64,000 nucleotides of DNA from contig OX597825.1 of NCBI GenBank assembly GCA_951406725.2, positions 15,438,001-15,502,000 on the forward strand, given 5' to 3'. This document shows, piece after piece, positions 28,162-40,302 of the stretch. The notes under the pieces were generated by a model, which saw nothing but the letters and a program-made list of their open reading frames with translations, ran no database searches and was not told the origin of the DNA. Every line of letters begins with the position of its first letter. Position 1 is the first letter of the stretch. The position numbers and the translations under genes are program-made. The stretch is from Octopus vulgaris (Eukaryota).

Positions 28162-28443
28162 GAGGGCAGCGGACTCGCGGTCGTAGGATCGCGGTTTCGA
28201 TTCCCAGACCGGGTGTTGTGAGTGTTTATTGAGCGAAAACACCTAAAACTCCACAAGGCTCCGGCAGGGGGGTGGCGATCCCTGCTGTACTCTTTCGCTA
28301 CAACTTTCTCTCACTCTTTCTTCTGTTGGCCTACTCGCTTAGCCAGCGGGGTGGCGTCATTTGAAGGCTAAAACAATGCGAAGCGCATTGTGACCAGCGA
28401 TGTGTAACAACATCTGATAGCCTGGTCGGTCACGGTGATCACG

Positions 28444-28447
<4 letters not shown>
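28160..28447 (+). mobile_element. Family-A SINE with tail 1
   Basis: AGGGCAGCGGACTCGCGGTCGTAGGATCGCGGTTTCGATTCCC head; ends (TCACGGTGA)2; microsatellite flanks. Confidence 0.85.
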
Positions 28448-28494
<47 letters not shown>

Positions 28495-28497
<3 letters not shown>

Positions 28498-28830
28498 CAT
28501 TACTGTGCAGTAAGAAGCTTGCTTCCTAACGACATGGTTTCGAGTTCAGTCCCACTGCGTGGAACCTTGGGTAAGTGTCTTCTATTATAGCTTCCGGTCG
28601 ACCAAAGACTTGGGAGGGGGATTGGATGGAAACTGAAGGAAGCTTGTAGAATATATATATATACATATATGCCTCTGGGATTCTTTCAGTTTCCGTCTAC
28701 CAAATATACACACAAGGCTTGGTGCTTTATTTGGCCCGGTGCAAGTGTAGAAGACATTGAATCTAGATATCACGCAGTGTGATTCAAACCGAATATTTGA
28801 TAAATAAACTATTGTACACAGTAACGGTTG
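28495..28830. mobile_element. Two degenerate family-C 5' halves in inverted orientation
   Basis: Plus copy 28495-28650; minus copy about 28680-28830. Confidence 0.65.
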
Positions 28831-29519
28831 TGACTATATTTTATAGCTTTTAGTAGTACACTATGCGGAGGTAATTTTTATCTTTTAGGAGTAAATGGTT
28901 GACAGCGTTGTTGAAGTTTAGACTTTATTGACAGACTTTAATTGGGTTCTATTTGAATTTATACAGACTTCTGAAAATTGCCTGCTTTGAGAGGTTGAGC
29001 TATGTGGATGCTAATTAGCTGTGGCGAACATTGACCGGAGTAGTTGTGTAGGAAAGGATGATAGTGTGACGATTGATAGAAAATTATGTTAGGGATATTT
29101 ATTTGTGTTTGGGATGGGAATATCATTGTTGTTTAGTCTTTTGTCAGGCGTTGAACTAAAGGTGAAGGCAGATGTTTACGGAAGTCCTTGTAGAGAAACT
29201 CGGCTTTTGCTGTTTCAACGTTTTGAAAAGAATGATTGTTGATAAATCCCTTGCTCACATACAATAGATCGCATTCACTGTTTTCTATTAAGAAATATCA
29301 AATTTGGCATTTTGGAAAGGTCAGGATTGAGGAGACTAAGTTACGATAAATATTTATTCAGGTTTCAAATATCTTTATAACATGGCTACCTACATATGTG
29401 CAAATAATTTAGAAACACATATGTGTGCATATGCATAGATGTTGATATTTATATAACTATATATTGTTATATGTACCTCGTTCTAGGTGAACATGCGTAT
29501 TAAAAGCGCATCATTACCG

Positions 29520-30165
29520 GGATGTAGAGAAAATTGAAGATCATCTGGTTTAACTCCCCTCCGACATACAACATTTCATACAAGATTTCCCACCAAAAGC
29601 TAAATTGTTTTTCAAATACATCGAACATACTTCCACTCAAACCACAAGTGCTACAGACAACCTCAAATTATCATATTCTAAGACACACAACTTTGAAAAC
29701 AACTGTTACAACCATGAAATATTATCAAAAAGTGAAAAACTAAATCACACAATAAATTTCAATTCCAATTTCAGTACATCTTTATCCTATTCTCTTGCAG
29801 GAAACTATTTCTGAAGCTATATTGTCTACAGAGCAACCCTAAAGACGAACACTCACCAACGACTATATCTATATATATAGGATCTACTGCAAACTCGTTC
29901 AAGACATGATATATCCAACATGGGCACTCTTTTCGAAACTTAAACAGAGGAATAACTCATCACTCTCCAAATCCATACAGATATTAAAATCAAAGAATAC
30001 TCCGTTTATCATCAACTGGAAAGTACTCTCACACGCACCGCCATACCAAGGTAACAACAAAGTCTCCCAAGTTTGTACTAATGTATCCTACCATATTCTC
30101 ATATTCAAGTTTACCAAATATTGAATCGAAAATCTGAACCGAATTCTTGGTGGAAGTATAAAATC
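29520..30165 (+). pseudogene. Decayed Penelope-like element ORF (linker plus GIY-YIG endonuclease)
   Basis: KIIWFNSPP, LKLSYSKTHN, IVYRATL...IGSTANSFKT*YIQHGHSF, SSLSKSIQILK...INWKVL...PYQGNNKVSQVC across frameshifts. Confidence 0.75.
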
Positions 30166-30581
30166 ATTAAATCATAAAAGCATTTAATCATGTCAAGCCA
30201 TTTTTTCTAACGGCTAAACATATGTATATCACACCACCCACCCTTCTTCCATTTTCACCATAAACTATCGCCATATATATGCGGAAAATGTTTTAACAGT
30301 TTTACAATAAAGAAGCAGTGTAGAAATTATCATGAATTTCCCCAAAATACATCATCCCAAACCTACATACGCTCAAAAATATAAATTTTTATACACAAAG
30401 AAGTTGGAAGGCTTTTTCTTTTTTATACTGTCTTTTTAAAAATAGTTTTCTGTATTATACACAGACACACACACACCTTTAACTACTAGTTAAACACCAG
30501 GTTTATCGGTGCGGCGCTGCACCTTCTATATGTAATATATATTGCTAGTAGTGTGACCGAATACTTACCATCCTCTAGCGG

Positions 30582-31005
<424 letters not shown>

Positions 31006-31384
31006 AAATAAATATGTATATATCTATAAACAGGTAAAGTTAATCGCCACATCAAAGTGGCTCTTCTATTTAACTACTGATTAAACACCAGGCAGATCTC
31101 CCGCCAGCTGTTTATCGGTGCGGCGCTGCACCCTCTATATACAATATATATTGCTAGTAGTGGGAACGAATACTTACAATCCTCTAGCAGACAACAGTAT
31201 TGTGAGACTGACCCAGTCTGGAGCTGGTTGACTCATTTTCAGTCGCAAGTACATGGTCGCCTGAGCAATAACCACGGTCCAGTCAGCAATATATTATATG
31301 CAAAGCGACCATCGGTCACTGATCTGCAACAACCAAAGTAGCTAGTTGTAAAATCTTAAGAAGAGATCATACTAGTAATAATAG

Positions 31385-31586
31385 TACATTATTTACATTT
31401 GACTGATATTTGTCCTCATCTTGTTTGTTGTTAACACAACGTTTCGGTTGATATACCTTCCAGCCTTCATCAGGTGTCTTGGAGAAATTTCGAACCTGGG
31501 TTGTCATTCCTCAGGTATTTTTGATGTTGTTGTTGTTATTATTGTTATTATTATTATTATTATTATCATCATCATCATCATCATCA

Positions 31587-31625
<39 letters not shown>

Positions 31626-31688
31626 TTACTGCCGGAATCGAACTCGGAATCTTGGGGTTAGTATCCCGCGCGCTTAACCACTACGCCA
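31385..31688 (-). mobile_element. tRNA-HHR SINE copy 2
   Basis: Minus strand: TGGCGTAGTGG A box, GAGTTCGATTCC B box, (AAT/GAT/AAC)n, HHR 31433-31478, tail ending TGTAAATAATGTA. Confidence 0.85.
31433..31478 (-). ncRNA. Minimal hammerhead ribozyme motif
   Basis: GACAC-CTGATGA-A-GGCTG..CAACC-GAAA-CG-TT-GTGTT (one stem II mismatch). Confidence 0.75.
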
Positions 31689-32219
31689 GTAACTATACTA
31701 CTACCGTTGTCTGCTAGAGGGTGGTAGTGTTTTCGCTCCCTCTGTTAGCAATATATGGTGTATATACTGGGTGCAACGCCTCACCGATAACCAGCTGCCG
31801 GAAGATCTGCCTGGGGTTAAACTAGTAGCAACATGGAATAGCCACATTGATGTGGTGATTAATTTATATCAGTTGAAAAAAAATTTCAAATGTGGTCTGG
31901 TTTTCACGTTTTTTATTATATTTCAAAAAAAATTTACAATGCCGAAATGTGTAAAATATTAAAAGCATATTTTGTAATGTTCATAAAGTTCAATTAGCGC
32001 TTTCATAGTTTCGTAGTAATCATCAGATTTCAAAATACATTTAATTGACAGTTGAGTTGTTGACAGCTGTAGTAAAATGATTGACTTCTTCATTTTTATA
32101 TTTCTTAGAAAGCGCTAATAAGCTGAAGTTTTTGAATACGATTTTGTCCAATCCACATGGATCTCAAACGTCAGTTTGCCGGGCGTACCGAAATTACTGG
32201 CATAGATCCCGCCTTTATT

Positions 32220-33207
32220 TTGAACACAGAACGTAGCGGCAGACGAAATACCTATTTCTTTACTACCCACAGGGGGCTAAACACAGAGAGGGCAAACAAG
32301 GACAGGCAAACGGATTAAGTTGGTTATATCGGCCCCAGTGCGTAACTAGTACGTATTTAATCGACCCCGAAAGTCAAACTTGGCGGAATTTGAAATCAGA
32401 ACGTAACGGCAGACGAAATACCTATTTCTTTATTACCCACAAGGGGCTAAACACAGAGAGGACAAACAAAAACAGACAAACGAATTAAGTCGATTACATC
32501 GACCACAGTGCGTAACTGGTACTTATTTAATAAACCCCAATAGGATGAAAGGCAAAGGCGACTTCGGCGGAATTTGAACTCAGAACGTAACGGCAGAAGA
32601 AATACTTATTTCTTTATTACCCACAATGGGCTAAACAAAGAGGGGACAAATAATAACAGACATAGGTATTATGTCGATTACATCGACCTCAGTGCGTAAT
32701 TGGTACTTAATTTATCGACCCCGAAAGGATGTAAGGCAAAGTCGAACTTGGCGGAATTTGAACACAGAACGCAGCGGCAGACGAAATACCTATTTCTTTA
32801 CTACCCACAAGGGGCTAAACACAGAGAGGACACACAAGGACAGGCAAACGGATTAAGTTGGTTATATCGGCCCCAGTGCGTAACTGGTACGTATTTAATC
32901 GACCCCGAAAGGATGTAAGGCAAAGTCGAACTTGGCGGAATTTGAACTCAGTAAGTAGCGTCAGACGAAATACCTATTTCTTTACTACCCACAAAGGGCT
33001 AAACAGAGAGAGGACAAACAAGGACAGACAAACGGATTAAGTCGGTTATATCGGCCCCAGTGCGTAACTGGTACTTATTTAATCGACCCCAAAAGAATGA
33101 AAGGCAAAGTCCACCTCGGCGGAATTTGAACTCAGAACGTAACGGCAGACGAAATACCGCTAAGCATTTCACCCGGTGCGGTAACGTTTCTACCAGCTCG
33201 CCGCCTT
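32220..33207 (-). mobile_element. Family-B SINE with one head and five tandem monomers of about 184 bp
   Basis: Equivalent positions at 32227, 32397, 32581, 32765, 32949 and 33133; single head ending at 33207. Confidence 0.92.
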
Positions 33208-33319
33208 GATACTATTTTTTTTTTTAAATGTAAAAGTAAATATGAAATCACTAAGAAGTTAATTAAATTACAAACAGAATGTAACATAGAGGTATTTAAC
33301 GTATCAGAATGCCATATAT

Positions 33320-33710
33320 GGAATGGAAGCACTCCGTCGGTTACGACGACGAGGGTTCCGGTTGATCCGATCAACGGAACAGCCTGCTCGCGAAATTAAC
33401 GTGTAAGTGGCTGAGCACTTCACAGACACGTGTACCCTTAACGTAGTTCTCGGGGGGATATTCAGCGTGACACGGAGAGTGACAAGGCCGGCCCTTTGAA
33501 ATACAGGTACAACAGAAACAGGAAGTAAGAGTGAGAGAAAGTTGTGGTGAAAGAGTACAGCAGGGATCATCACCATCCCCTGCCGGAGCCTCGTGGAGCT
33601 TTAGGTGTTTTCGCTCAATAAACACTCACAACGCCCGGTCTGGGAATCGAAACCGCGATTCTACGACCGCGAATCCGCTGCCCTAACCACTGGGCCATTG
33701 AGCCTCCACT
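33320..33710 (-). mobile_element. Family-A SINE with tail 3
   Basis: Full head and tail; TSD ATGCCATATAT (33309-33319) and ATGCCATCTAT (33711-33721). Confidence 0.9.
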
Positions 33711-34630
33711 ATGCCATCTATACTGTTGCATTCTCGTTGTCATTCGATAAGGGAAAAATATCCCTACTTCGAGTCGTGTCGTTGAAAGCATTACAAACGC
33801 CCTCAGCGTTGTCTTTCATATCCTCATTGCGTCAGCTAAACTTCATAAAATAAGGCTAAAAATTGAAATTATATCTCCTTCCACGATCGTGTATGAAGAT
33901 TTAGTACTTTTGTTACTTAAGCTCCTTCGTGAAAATATTATGTAGAAAGCCATACAGAGGTTAGAATTTAATCAATATTATCACCCATGATTTAAAACCA
34001 GATACTCTAGTATTTCCAAAATCCTTGCAAGCTTATTGGAAATATCGTGAAAAATGTATTGGATAAAGAAAGAGAATATGAATTAGTTTGTTTTATTTAT
34101 TTGCATTATTTAGTATATCATTTTTATATGATGAGCTTCACATATAAACGTAAGCTTTCAGCAGAAAGTACGTATTGAATTTATATCAAGGAAGCCACAA
34201 ATAACAATAACAATCAATATCAATATATGGAATTGTTTGCCAAAGCAACACACAGAAAAGAAATATGTAACATAAAAGGATTTTTTTTAGCTGCAATGTA
34301 ATATATACTCTGCAGAGTGTTTGCCTAAGTCTACTTCTCTATGTCAACCAAATATAATGCCATAAACCTCTGAAGGAGGAAATGATTATATTGTGGTGAA
34401 AGAGATACTATAAGTGTTTCAGACGTTTCGTTCCCGAAAGAATATATTGAAAGGGATAATGATAAATATTATTGACACAAAGTAATTCCTTTCTGCATCC
34501 ATCTGTGGATGGTGTAGTTACTACATTATCTGCACATAACACAGGCTTTTTTAAACCATCAATTAAATGTTGTCATATTTCATGTAGAGAAACTGAATCT
34601 AAACATGTAGGATCACATATGTATCCATGC

Positions 34631-34685
<55 letters not shown>

Positions 34686-34786
34686 AAGAAAATGGATATA
34701 ATAAACTCATGGTTTACGCTGGCATGTCTTTAATTAAATAGGTAACAAAGAAGTAAGAAGCAGAAATCTTTATTTGTATGTGTACA

Positions 34787-34837
<51 letters not shown>

Positions 34838-35350
34838 AAACAAGTCAAAAATAGAAAATGCTAAGATGATTTTATAGTGAATCTTTCAGTACCGGTTTCG
34901 GTCATTTTGAGACCTTTTCAACTGTAACGATTAAATAATTAAATTTTGAAAAATTTAGAAAAATTAGAAGAAAGGTTTTTTTAAAGGAATACTTCCATAG
35001 TAGTGTTCAGATATATGTGGCATTCTGCCTTTCTCTGACTCCCTTGTTTGCACTTGTGTATTCGAGGTCGTTGTGAGTTCTTGAGGGGGTGGGAGTGAGA
35101 AAATCTGGGCTGGTCAGTGGCGACCGGCAGTCGCTGCGTAGGCGTTATACTTTAAGACATTAGTGGGGGTAGAAGGTGGAGAAGTAGAAGAAGAAGAAGA
35201 AGAAGATGACGGTGCCGATGATGATGACGATGAAGAAGAAGAAGGAGAAGGAGAAGATGACGATGATGATGGTGGTGATGACGATGACGACGATGATGAT
35301 GATAACGATGATGATGAAGAAGGAGAAGAAGAGGGAGAAGAAGAAAAAAA

Positions 35351-36812
35351 GGGACGACTTAGATATGCTCAATCACCTACCGAATACTATAAACCAAAAC
35401 ACCATACTGGTATCCTTCGATGTAGTCAACCTCTACTCCAATATCCCCCACAACCTAGGACTAGAGGCAATCCAATTCTGGCTAGAGAATCACGCCAACG
35501 AACTACCACACCGCATCAAAAAAGAATTCGTGATAGAAGGGGTTAAATTCATCCTGGAAAATAACTTCTTCGCCTTCAATGACAACTTCTACCGACAAAA
35601 ATCGGGGACTGCGATGGGTACACGAATGGCCCCTTCCTTTGCCAACCTAGTCATAGGATACCTAGAGATCAGTCTATATCGTAAGGTTCTAGAAAGATAT
35701 GGCAGCCCTTTCTCCATCTACATAGAAAACAACTGGAAGAGATACCTAGATGACTGTTTCATTCTTTGGCATAAAAATATAGAAAAACTCATAGAATTCC
35801 AGGAAATTTTAAACGGGCTGGACGTAAACATCCAATTCACGATGGAATATAGCCAGCAACAACTTCCCTTCCTCGATATCCTCATTAAGAAAGCTAATAA
35901 TATAATAGAAACAGACATATACTATAAACCTACAGACTCTAAGCAATATCTTCCATTCAATTCATGCCACCCCAGACACACTAGGATGAATATTCCCTTC
36001 AATCTAGCAAAAAGGATATGCACTATAGTCTCTAACGCAAACACCAGAGACACACGACTACAAGAACTAAAAGATACCCTTATCACCAGGAACTATCCAC
36101 CTTCACTTATTGACAAGTGCATTCAACGTGCCCTTCAACTTAACATCAAGGAACTGAGACATCCCAAATCAAAGAAAAACTTACAACCAAAAGCCTTACC
36201 ATACATCTCCACACACAACTCTCTCAATAACGAAGCCTTCGGCACCATCCTCCACAACATACCCCTCCTAAAAAAAGACCACAGAATGAACACAATCCTC
36301 CAAACACACACGATCATAAAAAGCAAAAGACAGCCTAGATCCATGAAAAGTCTTCTAACACAAGCCCGAATTCACTCTTCAACACAGAAGCCGACAGTAA
36401 AAAAATGTGGAAGACCCAATTGCGGGATATGCGACTATCTAATCGAGGGTTCTGAGTTCTCCTTCAAACAGGGACAACGGTTTACAGTGAAAAGCAACTT
36501 CACATGTGCTTCGGAGAACCTAATATACTCACTAACCTGCTCCGGGTGTCAAGAGCAGTACATAGGCCAAACAAAAAATGGTTTGCGTAAACGAATGGCC
36601 CTGCACAGATCCCAGATAAAAATTCCCAAAACAGAAAAATAGCTTTTAGCCAACACATAGATACTTGCGCCAACAAAAAAACACCAAACTTCAGAATTTT
36701 CCCCCTCTACCAATTTAGGGACGATACAACCTCGAGACAACGAGTAAGTAAAGAAAATCTCTTTATTATAAAATACAGGCCACTTCTTAACGGGTCTACG
36801 ACAAACAATTAA
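35351..36812 (+). CDS. Penelope-type reverse transcriptase plus GIY-YIG endonuclease (5'-truncated, one frameshift near 36630)
   Basis: RT motifs LVSFDVVNLYSNI, QKSGTAMGTRMAPSFANL, RYLDD, LPFLD; Cys-rich linker CGRPNCGIC; NLIY...YIGQT...R; the shifted frame continues RKIAFSQH...SKENLFI..YRPLLN to TAA at 36810-36812. Confidence 0.93.
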
Positions 36813-37352
36813 TATAGCTCAACTTAAGAATAAAAGAAAAATATATATACACACACAAATATTACATTCCATAGAATCCATTACTAATCGCCCCAAAACA
36901 GCTATATCTTCACCCATTCATATTCTCCCTTCTCTGTTTTTTTTCTTCTTCTCCCTCTTCTTCTCCTTCTTCATCATCATCGTTATCATCATCATCGTCG
37001 TCATCGTCATCACCACCATCATCATCGTCATCTTCTCCTTCTCCTTCTTCTTCTTCATCGTCATCATCATCGGCACTGTCATCTTCTTCTTCTTCTTCTA
37101 CTTCTCCACCTTCTACCCCCACTAATGTCTTAAAGTATAACGCCTACGCAGCGACTGCCGGTCGCCACTGACCAGCCCAGATTTTCCCACTCCCACCCCC
37201 TCAAGAACTCACAACGACCTCGAATACACAAGTGCAAACAAGGGAGTCAGAGAAAGGCAGAATGCCACATATATCTGAACACTACTATGGAAGTATTCCT
37301 TTAAAAAAACCTTTCTTCTAATTTTTCTAAATTTTTCAAAATTTAATTATTT

Positions 37353-37405
37353 AATCGTTACAGTTGAAAAGGTCTCAAAATGACCGAAACCGGTACTGAA
37401 AGATT
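37353..37405 (+). ncRNA. Variant hammerhead ribozyme (U3-A8) in the PLE pseudo-LTR; mirror copy at 34880-34932 (-)
   Basis: CAG-TTGAAAA-GGTC-tcaaaat-GACC-GAAA-CCGG-TA-CTG with distal AATC/GATT pairing. Confidence 0.7.
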
Positions 37406-37823
37406 CACTATAAAATCATCTTAGCATTTTCTATTTTTGACTTATTTTTTCATATATATCAACTCGTGTGTTCCTTTCCACCCTTATACATATATATATA
37501 TATATATATATACATTGAAGAAGTGGAAAGGGTGAAATCCAGGCTACATATGCTTTGAAGATAACTAATGATTTGATGTAATTATTACTCAATGAGGAGT
37601 TTTCAACCTGGCTAATTCATCAGGCTGAGAAAATCTTAACTACATGAAGGTTACAATACAATTCCTAATTTACCTTAAGGTAGACACCCATAAATTGTCA
37701 TTGTTCCTTACACTATCCAATGTTTGTTTTCTATACCTGACACGAACTTCTTGAAGCTTGTAAATTCTCCACATTTTGATCCCTGGATCTTACCCTTATA
37801 TATATAGATATCATTATTATTAT

Positions 37824-37825
<2 letters not shown>

Positions 37826-37889
<64 letters not shown>

Positions 37890-37908
37890 AAGTAGTAGTA
37901 GTAGTAGT
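37826..37908. repeat. (TAG)n microsatellite
   Basis: Direct. Confidence 0.95.
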
Positions 37909-38337
37909 ATTGTTATTATTATTATTATTACTATTGTTATTAAATACTTATACTATATGTATTTAATGATATTTATTATTCTAGAGCTACCTTTGTTTGT
38001 ATGTAAATTTTCTGTTAGGTATGCAATATCCGGGCATGCCAGCTCATGATTCTACAAGCCACGAGCATGTAAGTCGTTAGACTGCCTAACTGACTGGCCT
38101 TGAGACCAGGCATGTAGGTGGTGTTGATAAGCCACAAAAATGAGGTAAAATGGAGGTCCCTCACTCCCAGATGGGATTGAGGTTTGAGTTAACTGCCCAT
38201 AACAGTAAGGCATTTTATCGCCGGTGACATGAGAGTTATATTCCCCACTACGCCATTGCATCCACCGGAAAATACACAAAGCATATACATTAGAATCTGT
38301 ATTTAATAATATTTGACTACAGCTACTTTTTCTTCAT

Positions 38338-38435
<98 letters not shown>

Positions 38436-38964
38436 GGATAGATGGATTTTATTTCTGTATTAAGGGCTAGCATTTGTTTCATGTTAAGAAAATATTTTAA
38501 CAACCTTTCAAGCCGATCGGAGGGAGGAATATTGTCCATGTCCATATTAGATTAAACATACTCAAAAATCCGAAATTCACCATAAAGTCTCACTTGAATT
38601 TTAGGCAAAAAACCTAATCAAGTGGATGCCTGTTGGCTAACAAATTTCGGGTGATTATCTCTCTTGAATTTAACTTTTGAAAAAGCAGTTGTGCTGAATG
38701 ATGAGTTTTTTTTTTATGGTACATACTAGATATGTGTAATGTTCCTATGTTTGTGTATTAATGGAGTTCATGACATTTTTGTTTGGAGTTCGTATACTGT
38801 GTATAGTTAGTGTTCACGGTCAGAGAAATAAAGAGCTTTCCCGGTGAGATCGGCGTAGTGGGCAGTGGTTCCTCTTGGAAATGTCCGAGTGTAAAATAAG
38901 CAATAATTTATACTCTGAGTCATTAGCTGTTGTAAAATACTGTTTATATATATATATATAAATA

Positions 38965-39018
<54 letters not shown>

Positions 39019-39078
39019 AGTATGTGTGAGCATGTGTGTGTTTGAGTGCATGCATGTATATGTGTGTATGTATACATT

Positions 39079-39160
<82 letters not shown>

Positions 39161-39163
39161 CAT

Positions 39164-40302
39164 ATAAAACTTAGATAAAACTTAGATATGTTTCGACCAG
39201 AGATTGGTCCAGGCCATGTCTAACTTAATAGCACCACCTGATAGGATTATTCGAATCCTGTTTAAGTCAAGTTTTGTTCAAGTAGTGAGTTCTTGTTGGG
39301 TGAGTTGTATCCAATTATGGCTGGCTTATCTGGTATTCTTTGAAGGAATCTATCCAGACTCTGTTTAAAGTTGATGGGATCCTTTTCCTCTTTGATCTCC
39401 CTTGGGACAATGTTAAATAGGGCAGGGCCTGTTGAGGAAAAGAAATTATGTTGCAGTGTACATGTATGTTGTGATCTTGAATTTGGCAGGGGACGTATAG
39501 CCCGTGGTCCAAGTCTTGGATGAACCTTGAAGCTAATGTTTAGGTCGTTTGGGCAAAGTTGGCGGTATATTTTCCACATCGTACAAATGATGTACCGCTC
39601 ACGGCGACGCTGGAGGGAGTAAAGTTTCAAGGCTTTAAGGCGATCCCAATAATCGAGAGCAGCCATGCCTTCAATTTGTTTAGTGAGAGCCCTCTGGGGT
39701 GACTCAATTCTGGAGATGTTTTGTCTTGTGTGAGGAGACCACAGTGGGCAACAGTATTCAAGGTGTGGCCGTACAAAGGAGGAAAAAAATGGTATGATGA
39801 CACCTTGTTCTCTGGACCGGAAAGTTCTTAAGATCCAGGAATTCATCCTACGAGCTATATCGACCTTCTTGTTGATGTGTGCACTCCAACTGAGATCGTC
39901 ATCAACAATTACACCCAGGTCTCTGATATTGTTAGAGGCTGTGAGCGGTTCCCCTGAAGGAAGAGAGTATGGTTGTTTTAGTGAGGAATTTCTTCCAAAA
40001 TGCATCAGCTCAAATTTTCCCTCATTCAGTTGCATTTTGTTCCTGTCTGCCCATTGACTCACAGCATATAGATCAGACTGGAGTTGAGTTCGGTCTGCTT
40101 CTTCATTGACGATTTGCTGGAGCTTAGTGTCATCAGCGAATATTTTCACTTTGCAGTGATGTACGACACTGGGAAGGTCGTTTACGTAAATTATGAAGAG
40201 TAGCGGACCCAAAACAGTTCCCTGTGGAACACCGCTGGTGACTTTTGCTGGGTTTGAGTGGACACCATCAACTACAACATGTTGTGTTCTATTCGCCAGG
40301 AA
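39164..40302 (-). mobile_element. 5'-truncated CR1-group LINE with intact 3' end, inserted in a TA/TATG tract
   Basis: 3' UTR hairpin GACCA-atctc-TGGTC followed by (TCTAAGTTTTA)2; uninterrupted reading frame. Confidence 0.9.
39262..40302 (-). CDS. LINE ORF2 C-terminal part (reverse transcriptase)
   Basis: SGVPQGTVLGPLLFIIYVND, FADD, IRDLGV, VRPHLEYCCPLWSP, LYSLQRRRER; the listed Met start comes from flanking microsatellite. Confidence 0.93.
   Translation of the reverse strand, partial: FLANRTQHVVVDGVHSNPAKVTSGVPQGTVLGPLLFIIYVNDLPSVVHHCKVKIFADDTKLQQIVNEEADRTQLQSDLYAVSQWADRNKMQLNEGKFELMHFGRNSSLKQPYSLPSGEPLTASNNIRDLGVIVDDDLSWSAHINKKVDIARRMNSWILRTFRSREQGVIIPFFSSFVRPHLEYCCPLWSPHTRQNISRIESPQRALTKQIEGMAALDYWDRLKALKLYSLQRRRERYIICTMWKIYRQLCPNDLNISFKVHPRLGPRAIRPLPNSRSQHTCTLQHNFFSSTGPALFNIVPREIKEEKDPINFKQSLDRFLQRIPDKPAIIGYNSPNKNSLLEQNLT

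Larger units (their letters stand above)
31030..31875. repeat. Diverged inverted arms (31030-31200 and 31700-31875); third partial copy at 30483-30585
   Basis: CCACATCAAAGTGGC...CCAGGCAGATCT...CCTCTAGCAGACAAC versus its reverse complement. Confidence 0.75.
34834..37490 (+). mobile_element. 5'-truncated Penelope-like retroelement with inverted 5' pseudo-LTR, inserted in (TA)n
   Basis: 34834-35350 is the reverse complement of 36938-37451 (about 3 substitutions and one 3-bp indel); about 40-nt 3' extension; TA tracts on both sides; RT plus GIY-YIG ORF. Confidence 0.95.

Noticed and set aside
32220-33207. Regularly spaced repeats resembling a CRISPR array
   Set aside because: The whole 184-bp unit is repeated with no unique spacers; eukaryotic SINE sequence; no cas genes
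35163-35546. Acidic poly-D/E ORF (and its twin at 36910-37122)
   Set aside because: Antisense reading of the trinucleotide-rich PLE 3' UTR; duplicated only because of the inverted arm
39183-39225. Hairpin followed by GAAAC at the LINE 3' end
   Set aside because: No CUGANGA; explained as the CR1-type 3' UTR stem-loop
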